A DNA stretch of 63,581 nucleotides, the filler included, from Saprolegnia diclina VS20 (Eukaryota): assembly GCF_000281045.1 (NCBI RefSeq). It is 9 parts of 4 records of this genome, joined end to end, with 100 filler letters (N's around TTAATTAATTAA, not from the genome) between each part and the next. Parts side by side here need not be neighbours in the genome. Positions count along the whole stretch, not along the records: positions 46,820 to 49,195 come from NW_008246180.1; positions 49,296 to 50,728 come from NW_008246180.1; positions 50,829 to 52,566 come from NW_008246180.1; positions 52,667 to 55,322 come from NW_008246180.1; positions 55,423 to 63,581 come from NW_008246181.1; 4 more parts are not named here. One strand, written 5' to 3'. Below are positions 47,486 to 58,350 of the stretch, in pieces. The notes below the pieces were generated by a model, which was given only the letters and a program-made list of their open reading frames with translations, was not told where the DNA came from and ran no database searches. The position numbers and the translations under genes are program-made. Each line of letters opens with the position of its first letter. Position 1 is the first letter of the stretch.

Positions 47486-49295
47486 ATCGCACCACTGCCA
47501 AGGTGCGATCAGCAGTCGAATTCGAAAAGCCTCCGTTTCAATCGACTGCAGCAAGCGTTTCTGTAGACACCGGTTGCAATTCATGTCGATAAGCGAGTTG
47601 GTGGCGTCCATTTGGAGTTGTTTGGGACGACGGACCATTTCGAGAAGAGCAGCTTTACTGCATCATCCATTTAATTTTAGCACGATGTGTACCGGGTAGA
47701 CTCGGGTCGGTCATTCCCAGTTACAGCATAGCACACCGCCCGCGTTGGTACGCAGAATGAAAGACGAAGCATTGTGACGTCGTGTATTGTGCTGTGTGCC
47801 GAAGAGACACAGATCTAGGGTTCCTGTTCGTAGGCACACCTGCCATGTGCGATCCCGCCAAGAGTGTTGCCCTGGTGCGATTCCTACTATATAGCTTTAG
47901 TTGTGAGATCTTCTTTCGGCCAACTCGTTACTCGGGCACCGTAGTTGAGATGAATGCTGGTGCTAACGTTAGTGTCTACTTTTGGTTGCTGGCGCATTTT
48001 GTTGCCTTCATCAAATAAAGTAGAAAAGTGATGCAATGAAGTGGTGCGTCGAGATTCAAACCCAACATGCGTCGCGGAGAAGCGGGTGTTCAGACAAAGG
48101 GCGGAGACAGCGATGCAGTAGATCTAAATGCTTGTGATAACGCCAAGCTGATGTTGCAAGGCCGTTGAGTAGGGCTCTCGGGTAGATATGAATAGGGCTC
48201 TCGCGCAAACGAAATGCACACATGTACACAGGAGAGGCGGCCCATGCATCACCGCGACAGAAGGAGCAGCGCCACGACACGGCAGGTGGTGTATGCAGAG
48301 CGAGACCGGAAGCAGCGAATTCCAAAATGAGCTGGCCGCGCCCACAGAAAATTGAAGAGTGTTCGTCCAGCCAATCACATGCTGGATCGCAAAGAAAAGA
48401 GATCCACCACCTCAGTCATGGCTAGAAGCACTATACTCGAAGATGCACGAATCGATCGTCTCTGAGGACGCATTGTTGGGAAAAATATGCCAAGTATGGG
48501 CAATCAGAGGCAAAAGCAAGCATCGCATCATTATAACTCTCATTTATTAACTCAAAAGACTACGTCACCGCGAAGGAGAGCAAGATTCATCATCCGTTTC
48601 GGCTAAAACCACGCAGCTCGAGAAGGATGTGCTCCGAATAGACCTCTAAAAACGCATGTAGGTACCTCTCACACATCATAAATACGGATAAAGCAAGGCC
48701 CAAATGGGCAGAGTGACGCGGTTGCGTTTTTATGAGCCCAAACTGGCGACACGACTCGAGTCCAGGGCGTGGCAATATTGATTTCACTATGACCCATCGA
48801 CGGCCACGTATCCGCTAATGTCCGGAAAACAACATGCCAAGGAGAACACCCACAGGAAGCGTTACGGAGACGATACGGAGGCGCATGCAAGGGCGCTGCG
48901 CGCAAGATAGCTGGCCGTACCGAGAACGGTGGCTCGCTTCGCTCGCAAGATCGCAGGCGACTGGTGGGGCGCGTCTTCCTAATCAGTCCGACCTTGGCCC
49001 GCCGAGGAGGGGGGCAGCCGAAATCGGCATTCACTTAAAAAGATAAGAGAGACAAAACATGTTGTGAGCTTGCACGACGGAATCGACTTGAGTATTACAA
49101 AGTTGTCAGGTGGTACGTTACCGGGATTACTAGCACCCCATGGGTTCGGTTTCGACGTGGTCCATCGACAGGCTGCTTGATCGACCGACGATCCTNNNNN
49201 NNNNNNNNNNNNNNNNNNNNNNNNNNNNNNNNNNNNNNNTTAATTAATTAANNNNNNNNNNNNNNNNNNNNNNNNNNNNNNNNNNNNNNNNNNNN

Positions 49296-49348
49296 GCAAT
49301 ATCACGCGCAATCGTCTGCAGACTGGTCTTGTCCTCGTCGTCACTCAT
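49296..49348 (-). CDS. 5' end of another 2OG-Fe(II)-oxygenase-like paralog (MSDDEDKTSLQTIARDI), running into a gap
   Basis: 49296-49390 is a close copy of 50119-50213, including the upstream INR-like region. Confidence 0.55.
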
Positions 49349-49468
49349 CCGAAGCAAATGTAGTTGTGCGCCTTTCAACGCTCTTGGAATATCCACTATG
49401 CACGACCCCGGTGATCGTCCAAGAGGTCTATCACCAGACGCCAATCAACGAAGTTGCAGAAGACACGG

Positions 49469-50171
49469 CAATGTAACCTTCCGGATCGTATTGGCAAGCA
49501 ACGTCTTGGAGGACTTGGACCGACGGCAGCGGCCGCGGCGCGTACCAAGCCTTGGGCAATTTGCTGCGCCAGTCCGATTCTTCCATGTCGTACGCAGCGT
49601 GATACACAGCACAAGCCCGGTGTCCGGACGTGATGGGCGCCACCGTCACGTCACATGTGCTGTAGAACGAGAGAAAGCACCCGTCGACGGCCTCGAACGT
49701 CGTCGTCCAGTCGTTGTCCGAGATGGTGACGGCGCCACCGACGCAGTTGGACGGGAAGAAGTAGATGACAGTTGCAAAGGTATGGCGAGGCCGTCGCTTC
49801 TTTGCCGGCTTCAACTTGGTTGCGTCGCCGGTCACGTCGATCGCAAAATGCGCCAGCGTCGCTTCGTACGCCATCGAGAAGTAATTGGAATGATCTGGCG
49901 CTGGATCCAGCTCGCCGAGGATGTCCGAGTTTTGAAAAAGTGCGCCAAAGTAGCGATCGTCGATCGCGACGTCCTTGGCCGGCACACGCTCGGGGTACTT
50001 GGTCATGATAGCGCCCGCAGTCTCGGTTGAGAGAGGCCACGAAGCAACGGTAAGGTCACCGAGCTTGACGGTGGGGTTGCACCATACGTTAGCCTCGCTC
50101 AGGCAGCAGTGGACCCTCGCAATATCACGCGCAATCGTCTGCAGAGTGGTCGCGTCCTCGTCGTCACTCAT
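49469..50171 (-). pseudogene. Truncated 2OG-Fe(II)-oxygenase-like gene (degenerate active site)
   Basis: HTFATVIYFFPSNCVGGAVTIS...FYSTCDVTVAPITSGHRACAVY. Homology to 51458-52566 stops at about 49469, where an inverted 78-bp piece is joined. Confidence 0.6.
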
Positions 50172-51457
50172 TCAAAGCAAATGTAGTTGTGCGCCTTCCA
50201 ATGCTCTCCGAATTGGCAAGACGATGAAATCGCATGGTATAATACATGTACTATGTTGGCAGCTGGTATAGGCGACGTCTCTGCAATGTGTAATGTGATG
50301 TGACAAACCGCTTAGATGTTTTGGACTATCACTCATGTACATCCGTGAATATCTATGAGTGTTGGTCTTTACCGAGGCGATAGTACTACGGGGAGTTTTT
50401 TTCAAGAGTTACGACTTTCGAGCATATTTTTCCAAAAGTTACGACCTGTGGCAAAATATTCGGGCGATTCGTAGACGGAGCCACGTGTTGCCGCCGTTGC
50501 CGCGTGGGTCGTCGCTCACGTTAACCCATGGCGTCAGCCTTACATGTATCAACGAGAGAGAGGCACGACCACTCTACTTTAGCGCCCGTGCCGGGCGCCT
50601 ATTCTATTCCTTGGAACCTGCTCACTTTTGTGCTCAGCTTGGTTTCCAGGGCGTGACAGTGGAGAAATTTTTGCTGCAACTATATATCTCTGCTGTGGTG
50701 CCGCCAGCAATGACAGCCAAAGCAACAANNNNNNNNNNNNNNNNNNNNNNNNNNNNNNNNNNNNNNNNNNNNTTAATTAATTAANNNNNNNNNNNNNNNN
50801 NNNNNNNNNNNNNNNNNNNNNNNNNNNNATAGAAATGTGCTGTCATCAACGATTGACAAACCGGATATCAACGTCTCTGCCGAGGTGGACGTGACACCTT
50901 AACTACACTTACTGTATTGCAATGGCGACGAGCTGTTTTGGTTTTCAACTGCGTGTACAGCTCTCTGCCTGGTTGTAGAGCGATCGTCACTTGCAACTTT
51001 TGAGCCAAGAACCACCAAGGCGACTTCATCAAGCGCCAGACAAACGTGGCAGCTCCTGATAAACAGACTACACGTAAACAAAAGACCAACACGCAAGCAC
51101 ACAAACCGGCTCTGTGACATCTGGCAGTACACTGGCATCATGATATTGCTCACGGCATACGCAGTTCTACTGGAACAAGTACACAGGATACTTGAGAGGG
51201 CAGGTGCACCAAGGGATAAACAGCGCTGCGTGGAAGCGTCGATTCCTTGGACCAGCTCGATCGACGCAGAGAGGCACGATCGCGGCCTCCAACAAGTCCA
51301 ATATACGCTGTATGCAGTTCAGAAGCGGGTGGAATTGCCCATGGTTGCATTTTCCAGTGTATTTTTTTGGTTGCAACAGCTGTCGCGAGTCGGGCGACGG
51401 TGTGAGAGTGATGGTTTGGGTACTTGCACTCATATTTTCCTCTCATTTGCTTTTTCG

Positions 51458-52566
51458 ATGAGTGACGACGAAGGCGAGGACGCGTATCATTTGCGCTCGT
51501 TTGCACGTGACGTGGCGGTGCCGCACTGCTGCTTGTACCAGCCAAAAGTCGAGCGCAACCCAACGGCGACACTCGGTAGCATCGCCGTACCTTCGTGGCC
51601 GCTACCGACGGAGACCCTCGCGGCGCTGACGACCACGTACGCTGGCCGCGTCCCGGCCAAGGACGTCGTCTTCCGCGGCTTCCACGCGATACCAAGGCAT
51701 GCGTTCATGTTTGAGTCCTCCATCCTCAAGCAACTCGACCCGGAGCAAGACGAGGACGATGAGAAGTTGGAGTTCAGCATGACACTGGCGCATTTTGCGA
51801 TCGACTTGACCGGCGACGCGTCGGCGTTGAAGCCAACAGACCGACCACCACGCCATACCTTTGCCACGGCCGTCTACTTCTTTCCCTCCAACTGCGTCGG
51901 TGGCGCCGTCACGATCTCACACGACCACCGGACGACGACGTTCGAGGCCCTCGACGGACGCTTTCTCTCGTTCTACAGCACGTGTGACGTGACGGTGGCG
52001 CCCATCACGTCCGGGCACCGGTCTTTTGCCGTGTATCACGCAGCGTACATCCTGGACGACTACGACTCGGACTACAGCTACGGGCCCAAGCCCAAGTTTG
52101 CACCGCCACCGCTGCCGTCGATCCAAGAGCTCCAGGAGGCCGCTCGTGGCTACGATTGCTCTGAAGCCATTGCTGTCACGGTCCGGCTCAATACGCGCGG
52201 CTTGACGCCGACGTTTGATTCGCTCACGGGGCATGACAAGGCGGCCGTCGACCGGCTACTAGCGACAGGCGTCTTTGACATTGCACTTGTGCGGGCGGGC
52301 AACAACGACGACAAGAACGAAGCTATTCCTGCGCTGTACGAGACGTTTCATCCACTATGCACGACCCCGGTGATCGTCCAAGAGGTCTATCACCAGACGC
52401 CAATCAACGAAGTTGCAGAAGACACGGACGAGATCGAGTCGCCCGGCAACTCCATGCTCGTGTGGCCCAAGGCGAACCGCGTGCGCATCCTCGGCTACGA
52501 CCGCACGATCGCGCTCTTGCGTGGCAATGTGGACGGTGACGTGACCGACGACCTCGGCTTGGGGTC
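51458..52566 (+). CDS. 2OG-Fe(II)-oxygenase-like (DSBH) protein with degenerate iron ligands, 3' end in gap
   Basis: MSDDE start with INR-like CTCATTTGCTTTTTC. Motifs P.....V.SWPL, HTFATAVYFFPSNCVGGAVTISH, FYSTCDVTVAPITSGHRSFAVY, FDSL.G.DKA..D.LL and LVWPK. Confidence 0.7.
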
Positions 52567-52666
52567 NNNNNNNNNNNNNNNNNNNNNNNNNNNNNNNNNN
52601 NNNNNNNNNNTTAATTAATTAANNNNNNNNNNNNNNNNNNNNNNNNNNNNNNNNNNNNNNNNNNNN

Positions 52667-53516
52667 TCCTCGTCCGACTCTTTGGCAAACGTCACGATCG
52701 CAACGTCATAGAGCTCGGTCGTCAAGAGCGTGTGCACCAAGCCCGCTTCGTCCATACCAAGAGTCTCAAAGCTCGCGACGTCGTTGCTAGTGCTTGACGC
52801 AGCGCCTTCATCCGCATTATAGTATGCTATCGAATGTAGTGGCAGCTCGGCGACGTGCTGGAAGGCGGCGACGCCTTCGTTGTAGTCGCACGTCCCCGGA
52901 AACATATCCTCGTTTCCCTTGATGATGTCGAGACGGAAGACGAGTGCCATGCGCACTCCTCTTGTGATGGGCGTTGAGGCAGGAACGAGATCGCGGAAGG
53001 TCGTGACCATCTCGACTTTGCATTTATCGGGCGTCCATGTCTCGGTCATGTAGCCATAGCGAAATGCCATCTCGCCGCCGTCGTAGGCCGATGGCAAGTG
53101 CAGAACCGTGTAGCCAAAGGTATCGTCCGTCATGGTCGTTGGGAGGAGCGCGGCGCCGGTGTCAACGGCGTCAATAACGAGGTGCGAGAGAACGATGTTG
53201 GCGTCCGTGATCGCACTGGCCACCTCCTGATGGAGCACGTTCTGGACGACCTGGCGCCATGCAGCAAGTTGCGCAAAAGCAAAGGCCGTTGGTAAAAGTG
53301 TGCCATTGGGAGCGTCAAGTGCTGCGAGGGCTGCTGCGTGCGCAGGTGCGAGCGGCCACGTGATGGCACCGTCGATGCCGTCAATACGAAGCAGTGGCGC
53401 GGTGTTGGCGTCCGGACGACTTGTCCGCAACTAGGGATAGGTTTCATCGACGCATACGCTGCGTCTTGGTAGATGGCTTTGTCAGGATCACTGGTCTCAA
53501 AGGAGCGATGCCACAT
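52667..53516 (-). CDS. More divergent 2OG-Fe(II)-oxygenase-like paralog, 3' end in gap, 5' structure uncertain (possible frameshift)
   Basis: PLLRIDGIDGAITWPL, TFGYTVLHLPSAYDGGEM.F.Y, TPITRGVRMALVFRL, FETLG.DEA.LV..LL. Confidence 0.6.
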
Positions 53517-53936
53517 CGTTGGTACTTGGGAAGCTCGGGGAGATGGAATGGAGCAACTCCTCCACCGCTTAATGGTCGGTGGTTGTTTTTGTCGTAGAGT
53601 ACCAGAATTGAAGGCATGGCCTCACCGTCATGTTGGATTTAACCGCTATGACTCGCGGTTCTGCCAAGACGGACCAAAGGACACCCGTGACGAGCGTTCG
53701 CGAGGCGCGTCGGATGGGCGGAAGCGAGGCTTCGTTTGGCTTCAGTTGCTTGTTGGCCTCTGCTCGTCGACCTGCTATTCGCATTCGATTGACCGCTAGG
53801 CATAGGAAGGGACTTGGCGGGTTGGCAGCGACAAGGCTATATGCTCAAAACTATACCAATGGATGTGTGCAACCAACAAGAAAGCCTCCACCAGTCGAGG
53901 AACGAGCATGTTTTCCAACTGCCATAATTAGCGTCT

Positions 53937-55322
53937 TTAGCGCTCGGTGGTACGTCGCTGGCGCTTGACGCGGTGTTGATCGGTCGCCTCGTCATCGCGG
54001 TTGGCGCCGTCGTGCGCTACGCGTAGCTGGGCGTCGGCCAAGAGCGTCTCGAGGGCAACGACACGTGCTCGATCCTCGGCGTCTCGACGCTGGGCCTCGA
54101 GATGCTTGAAAAGCTGGCTCTCGCTCACACCGCCTTTCGGCTGCAGCTTGGTTACATCGCATAGCGTCCGACGGCGACCATCACGAAAGAGCTCGAGGCG
54201 ATGCCGGTTGGCGTCGAGACAGCGCCGCGCTGGACCGCACAGCTTCTTGCACTCGGACACGTCCAGCGTGGTTTGCGTACCGTCGTGCAAGAAGCCGACC
54301 AAGATCTGACAGAGCTGGCAGTGGCTCGCGTCGAGTTGAATGTCGTCAAAGACGTAGTCGGTCATGTCGGGTAGCACTGGGCGGCTACGAACGTCGCCGA
54401 TCACAGCGAGGCAGCGCTGCGCAATGCGCTCCATCTCGTCGAAGTGCTGCGGCACGACTTTGGCGAGCAGTTGGGCCAAAGGAACGTAGAGCTTCCGCGC
54501 CGGGTCCCGCGCCCTGCCTCGACGACGAGCGGGAAGTAGCGCATACTCGTGGTCTTCGTCGCCAAGCGTGGATGGTCTTGCCGGGGTCTGCCGCGCCGGG
54601 CCTCGGTCGCGAAAGGTGGACATCGGAATCACAAATCCGTTGTCGTCTTCAAGCGTTGATGATTCCAGCGTCTCACAGTCCATGGCCTCGAGCCATCGCT
54701 GGAGAAGCGACGGCACTTGCGTCGGGTCGACGATCGCAAGCACCTCGACCGCCAGCAACCCTGGTTGCTCCCACGAAGTGTAGGCGCCACCGTACCTTGG
54801 CCGCGAGAGGTGCTCGGCCGACAGCGTCGGCGCAAGTGCCAGAACAAGCGTCGCAATACGAGCGCGCACCTCGTCCTGCAGCGTCCGTTGATGGAGCAGC
54901 TGCCGTGTGCCGACAAGTGACGCTGGAAACAAGAGCGTCCAGATCGCTTCAAATCGGACCACGTCGCAGCGCCCCGCTCGGTCCATCACGTCCAGAACGT
55001 TCGCAAAGATGGTCATTCCCACCGTCGTATGCCTTACTTCGTCGACGTTGAACATCTCAATCGCCTCCACGAGGACGCCGACATACGGGTCTAGAGCGAT
55101 CGTGGGCTGGCTGGCCGACGCGAGTAGGAGCGCTTCGGGAAGGTACAAAAGTAGCTTTGGTTGCAGCAAATTCTTCTTCATGCGAAGCAGCGTCGGCGCG
55201 CCGCATTGACGCGCAAACAGAAACGAGTCGACCACAAGGATCATACTTGGCGGCAAGAAGGTGCTGAGGTAGTTGCCGCCGGCCGCATTCGGCGCGCCTT
55301 CGTCGAGGTACCAGTCGAGGAG
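53937..55322 (-). CDS. Helical C-terminal part of a large protein with a Cys cluster, probably the C-half of the same oxygenase-like family; 5' end in gap
   Basis: Open frame from the gap to stop 53937. DY...DI.L...HCQLCQILVGFLHD...C...C..RR.LD resembles the C-terminus seen on long 2OG-oxygenase-domain proteins (recalled, not searched). Confidence 0.5.
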   Translation of the reverse strand, partial: LLDWYLDEGAPNAAGGNYLSTFLPPSMILVVDSFLFARQCGAPTLLRMKKNLLQPKLLLYLPEALLLASASQPTIALDPYVGVLVEAIEMFNVDEVRHTTVGMTIFANVLDVMDRAGRCDVVRFEAIWTLLFPASLVGTRQLLHQRTLQDEVRARIATLVLALAPTLSAEHLSRPRYGGAYTSWEQPGLLAVEVLAIVDPTQVPSLLQRWLEAMDCETLESSTLEDDNGFVIPMSTFRDRGPARQTPARPSTLGDEDHEYALLPARRRGRARDPARKLYVPLAQLLAKVVPQHFDEMERIAQRCLAVIGDVRSRPVLPDMTDYVFDDIQLDASHCQLCQILVGFLHDGTQTTLDVSECKKLCGPARRCLDANRHRLELFRDGRRRTLCDVTKLQPKGGVSESQLFKHLEAQRRDAEDRARVVALETLLADAQLRVAHDGANRDDEATDQHRVKRQRRTTER

Positions 55323-55422
55323 NNNNNNNNNNNNNNNNNNNNNNNNNNNNNNNNNNNNNNNNNNNNTTAATTAATTAANNNNNNNNNNNNNNNNNNNNNN
55401 NNNNNNNNNNNNNNNNNNNNNN

Positions 55423-55576
55423 CCCCAACATACGCGAAGCACCTTCCAAGCTCCAGGTACACGGCCGCCGACACGCGACGCGCTGCAGTCCAAGGTGCTC
55501 ATCGTGCAAAGTGATCGTGCCAGGCGCACTGCAATCGCGACAGTGACGAACGCTCACTTGATACCTTGATACTCTT
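55423..55576 (+). repeat. 154-bp direct repeat, copy 1 (copy 2 at 60108-60261)
   Basis: Two mismatches over 154 bp. Confidence 0.9.
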
Positions 55577-56335
55577 AACACGAGAGTCTTATTGATGAGT
55601 ACTTGGAGTTGCCCCATGCTCGAGCTGGCGTCACTCAATAAGAACTCGTTTTTGAATCGTGATGCGGGCGTCACTTCACTGCACCGAGAAACCCCAAAAC
55701 AACGAGCAACGTCGTTTCGCACCCAACGCAGGAGTGCTCAGATAACGCTACTTCCACGTACCAGCAGCTTGGCATATCAGACAGATTACTCTGATATGCT
55801 TCAACGCGTGTATACGAGGTTTCGGCTTCCGCACGCGTTTCCCATCGCTACGACAGCCTTGTAGTTAAAGATACAGCTCAACCTGCTACTCCTTTACGAG
55901 CGGGCTTGGGCTTCGCTTTTGTAGATCGTCGATCGAATGTAGTTGGAATTTTGACAAGCACATGTGTTTCACATATCGACTTTGGTTCCTCAAATCATTG
56001 CATCTGAGTCTTCGCAACCTGGCATCTGAGACCTCGACACTCTGCATCTGAGACCGACTCAGACGTCCTGTGTCAANNNNNNNNNNNNNNNNNNNNNNNN
56101 NNNNNNNNNNNNNNNNNNNNNNNNNNNNNNNNNNNNNNNNNNNNNNNNNNNNNNNNNNNNNNNNNNNNNNNNNNNNACTCCTGCGTTGGGTGCGAAACGA
56201 CGTTGCTCGTTGTTTTGGGGTTTCTCGGTTCAGTGAAGTGACACCAGCATCACAAATCATATACGAGTTCTTACTAGTGGCGCCAACTCGAGCGATGGGG
56301 CAACTCCAAGTACTCATCAATAAGACTCTCGTGTT
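55577..56335. repeat. 159-bp imperfect inverted repeat (55577-55735 / 56177-56335)
   Basis: AACACGAGAGTCTTATTGATGAGTACTTGGAGTTGCCCC...GCAGGAGT is the reverse complement of 56177-56335, with scattered substitutions. Confidence 0.85.
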
Positions 56336-56611
56336 GACGACAACGTTCACCGACACTGGTCGCATCTCCCACGGGGGGTGTTCCATCGGAACTTCTTGAC
56401 GTCATCTGATACCATCTGATTCGCAGATACTACCGGCGTTGCCTTTGCATCCCAACAACGTTGACGTCACCTTTGGTACTGCTGACGCTTCAACGCGTGC
56501 ATACGAGGTCCTATCCTTGGTTCCTCAAATCATTGCATCTGAGTCTTCGCAACCTGGCATCTGAGACCTCGACACTCTGCATCTGAGACCGACTCAGACG
56601 TCCTGTGTCAA
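55982..56611 (+). repeat. 95-bp identical direct repeat (55982-56076 / 56517-56611), each with three GCATCTGAG subrepeats
   Basis: Direct comparison of the two stretches. Confidence 0.85.
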
Positions 56612-56870
56612 CGCACCCACGTCGCAGACTATATTTTTTCAACCCATTGACGGTCGTGTATAATCGCCGAGCTTACTGGAAACGTCACAGTCATGCTTTT
56701 CGTATTCTCTCTTCAAAATACAGAGCGTTTTCACTCGACTCAGACCGTTGGTTCCATCGTCCGTGGGATGCGCGTCTCGTTCGATCTGACCCGGGGCTCT
56801 TCTTTTCTCTCGCCAACGCGGCAAGAGCAAACTCACTTTTCCTTTTCCCGGCTTTCCCCCACCATCCAAG

Positions 56871-57920
56871 ATGCAACGCATGCTTTTCGCTTCGGCACTC
56901 GCGGTCTCGGCCGCTGCCTTGGACATTTCCGAGGAGCAGCGCGCGTCCCTCGTGGCCGACCTCGACGCGTGGCGCGCCAAGTTTGGTGGCGACGCTAGCC
57001 TCCTGCCCCCGGTGTACAGCATCAGCAGCGAGGAGGACGCCAGCGATGCGCTTCTCGCGCGTCTGCACTCGGCCAAGGAGCGCGTCGAGGTGCTCAAAGC
57101 CGCCAACCCGAACGCGAGCTTTTCGCACGTCGGGCCGTTCGCACTCTTGAGCCACGAAGAGTTCGAGCAGCGCCTCGGCCGGTCGTTCGGCAAGGCTCAA
57201 CCCGAACGCAAGCTCCGGGTCGAGAGCGTCGACTATGCGTCGCTCGAGGCCGTCGCGGCCGCCGGCGCCGTCGACTGGACGACCTCGTCGTGTGTCAACG
57301 CGGTCAAGAACCAGGGCAACTGCGGCAGCTGCTGGAGTTTCTCGGCCACGGGCGCGGCCGAGTCGGCGCACTGTATCGCGACGGGGAAGCTCCTCAACCT
57401 CGCCGAGCAGCAGCTCGTGAGCTGCGACAAGGTCGACGGCCAATTGGGCTGCGACGGCGGCTACGAGGACAAGGCCATCAACTGGATCGCGTCGCGCGGC
57501 CAGTGCCTCACCAAGGACTACCCGTACACGTCGGGCTCGTCCGGCGCCAACGGCACGTGCAAGAAGACGTGCGTGGCCCAGAAGCTCTCGATCGGCGCGG
57601 CGGTCGAGATTGTCGGCGAGGGCCCGCTCACGACCGCACTCAACACGCAGCCCGTGACGGTCGCCGTCGAGGCCGGCAACGACGTGTGGCAGTACTACAG
57701 CGGCGGCGTTGTGACGGCGTGCCCCGGCGCGCAGTCGGACCACGCCGTCATCGCCGTCGGCTACGGCACGTCCAGCGGCACCACCTACTTCAAGATCCGC
57801 AACTCGTGGGGCGCGTCGTGGGGCGAGGCCGGCTACATCCGCCTCCAGCGCGGCGTTGGCGGCAAGGGCATGTGCAACGTCGCCGAGATGCCCGCGTACC
57901 CCAAGATCGTCAAGGCGTAA
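56871..57920 (+). CDS. Secreted papain-family (C1A) cysteine protease with prodomain, intronless
   Basis: Signal peptide MQRMLFASALAVSAAA; F..LS.EEF prodomain motif; VDW, KNQGNCGSCWSF (Cys), DHAV (His) and IRNSWG (Asn). Confidence 0.96.
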   Translation: MQRMLFASALAVSAAALDISEEQRASLVADLDAWRAKFGGDASLLPPVYSISSEEDASDALLARLHSAKERVEVLKAANPNASFSHVGPFALLSHEEFEQRLGRSFGKAQPERKLRVESVDYASLEAVAAAGAVDWTTSSCVNAVKNQGNCGSCWSFSATGAAESAHCIATGKLLNLAEQQLVSCDKVDGQLGCDGGYEDKAINWIASRGQCLTKDYPYTSGSSGANGTCKKTCVAQKLSIGAAVEIVGEGPLTTALNTQPVTVAVEAGNDVWQYYSGGVVTACPGAQSDHAVIAVGYGTSSGTTYFKIRNSWGASWGEAGYIRLQRGVGGKGMCNVAEMPAYPKIVKA

Positions 57921-58350
57921 GCCGTGTCTGTTCTTGTATGGACACGATGTGTGTGTGTTGCTCTCTCTCGTCGAAGAACTATCCAACGAATCAACAGCTG
58001 TTCTTTCCATCTCGTTGTCTTGGGTATGGTGGACGGAAGCAGCTACGAAAGCTCTGTAGCTGGTGCACACTAGTTAATGCTTGGTACATCGTGTCTAGAT
58101 CGGGATCGTAGCATTCGTCACGACTCTTGGTAGGCGGGAAGAAGTTCGTGCTTCGTACGACGTAGTTGACGAGTGAGTGTTACGGCAAGCGGTTTCATGT
58201 CCACCGAAATGACACCATTATGGTTGGGCCTTATATGATGCAAATGCACGCTGGAATCGATGCGGGCACCCGCGCAACGATAGACTGATCAGGTCTAGCT
58301 CCCATGCAATACTGAGCTCGACTGTCATTGTGAGACGCGATTTGTCATTA

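Noticed and set aside
55999..56052. GCATCTGAG repeated at 21-22 nt spacing, superficially CRISPR-like
   Set aside because: Only 9-bp repeats, three units, no cas genes, eukaryotic context.
56691..58111. Long antisense and alternate-frame ORFs over the protease (similarly over the OYE, kinase and thaumatin genes)
   Set aside because: Shadow ORFs caused by high GC3 codon bias; no recognisable motifs.
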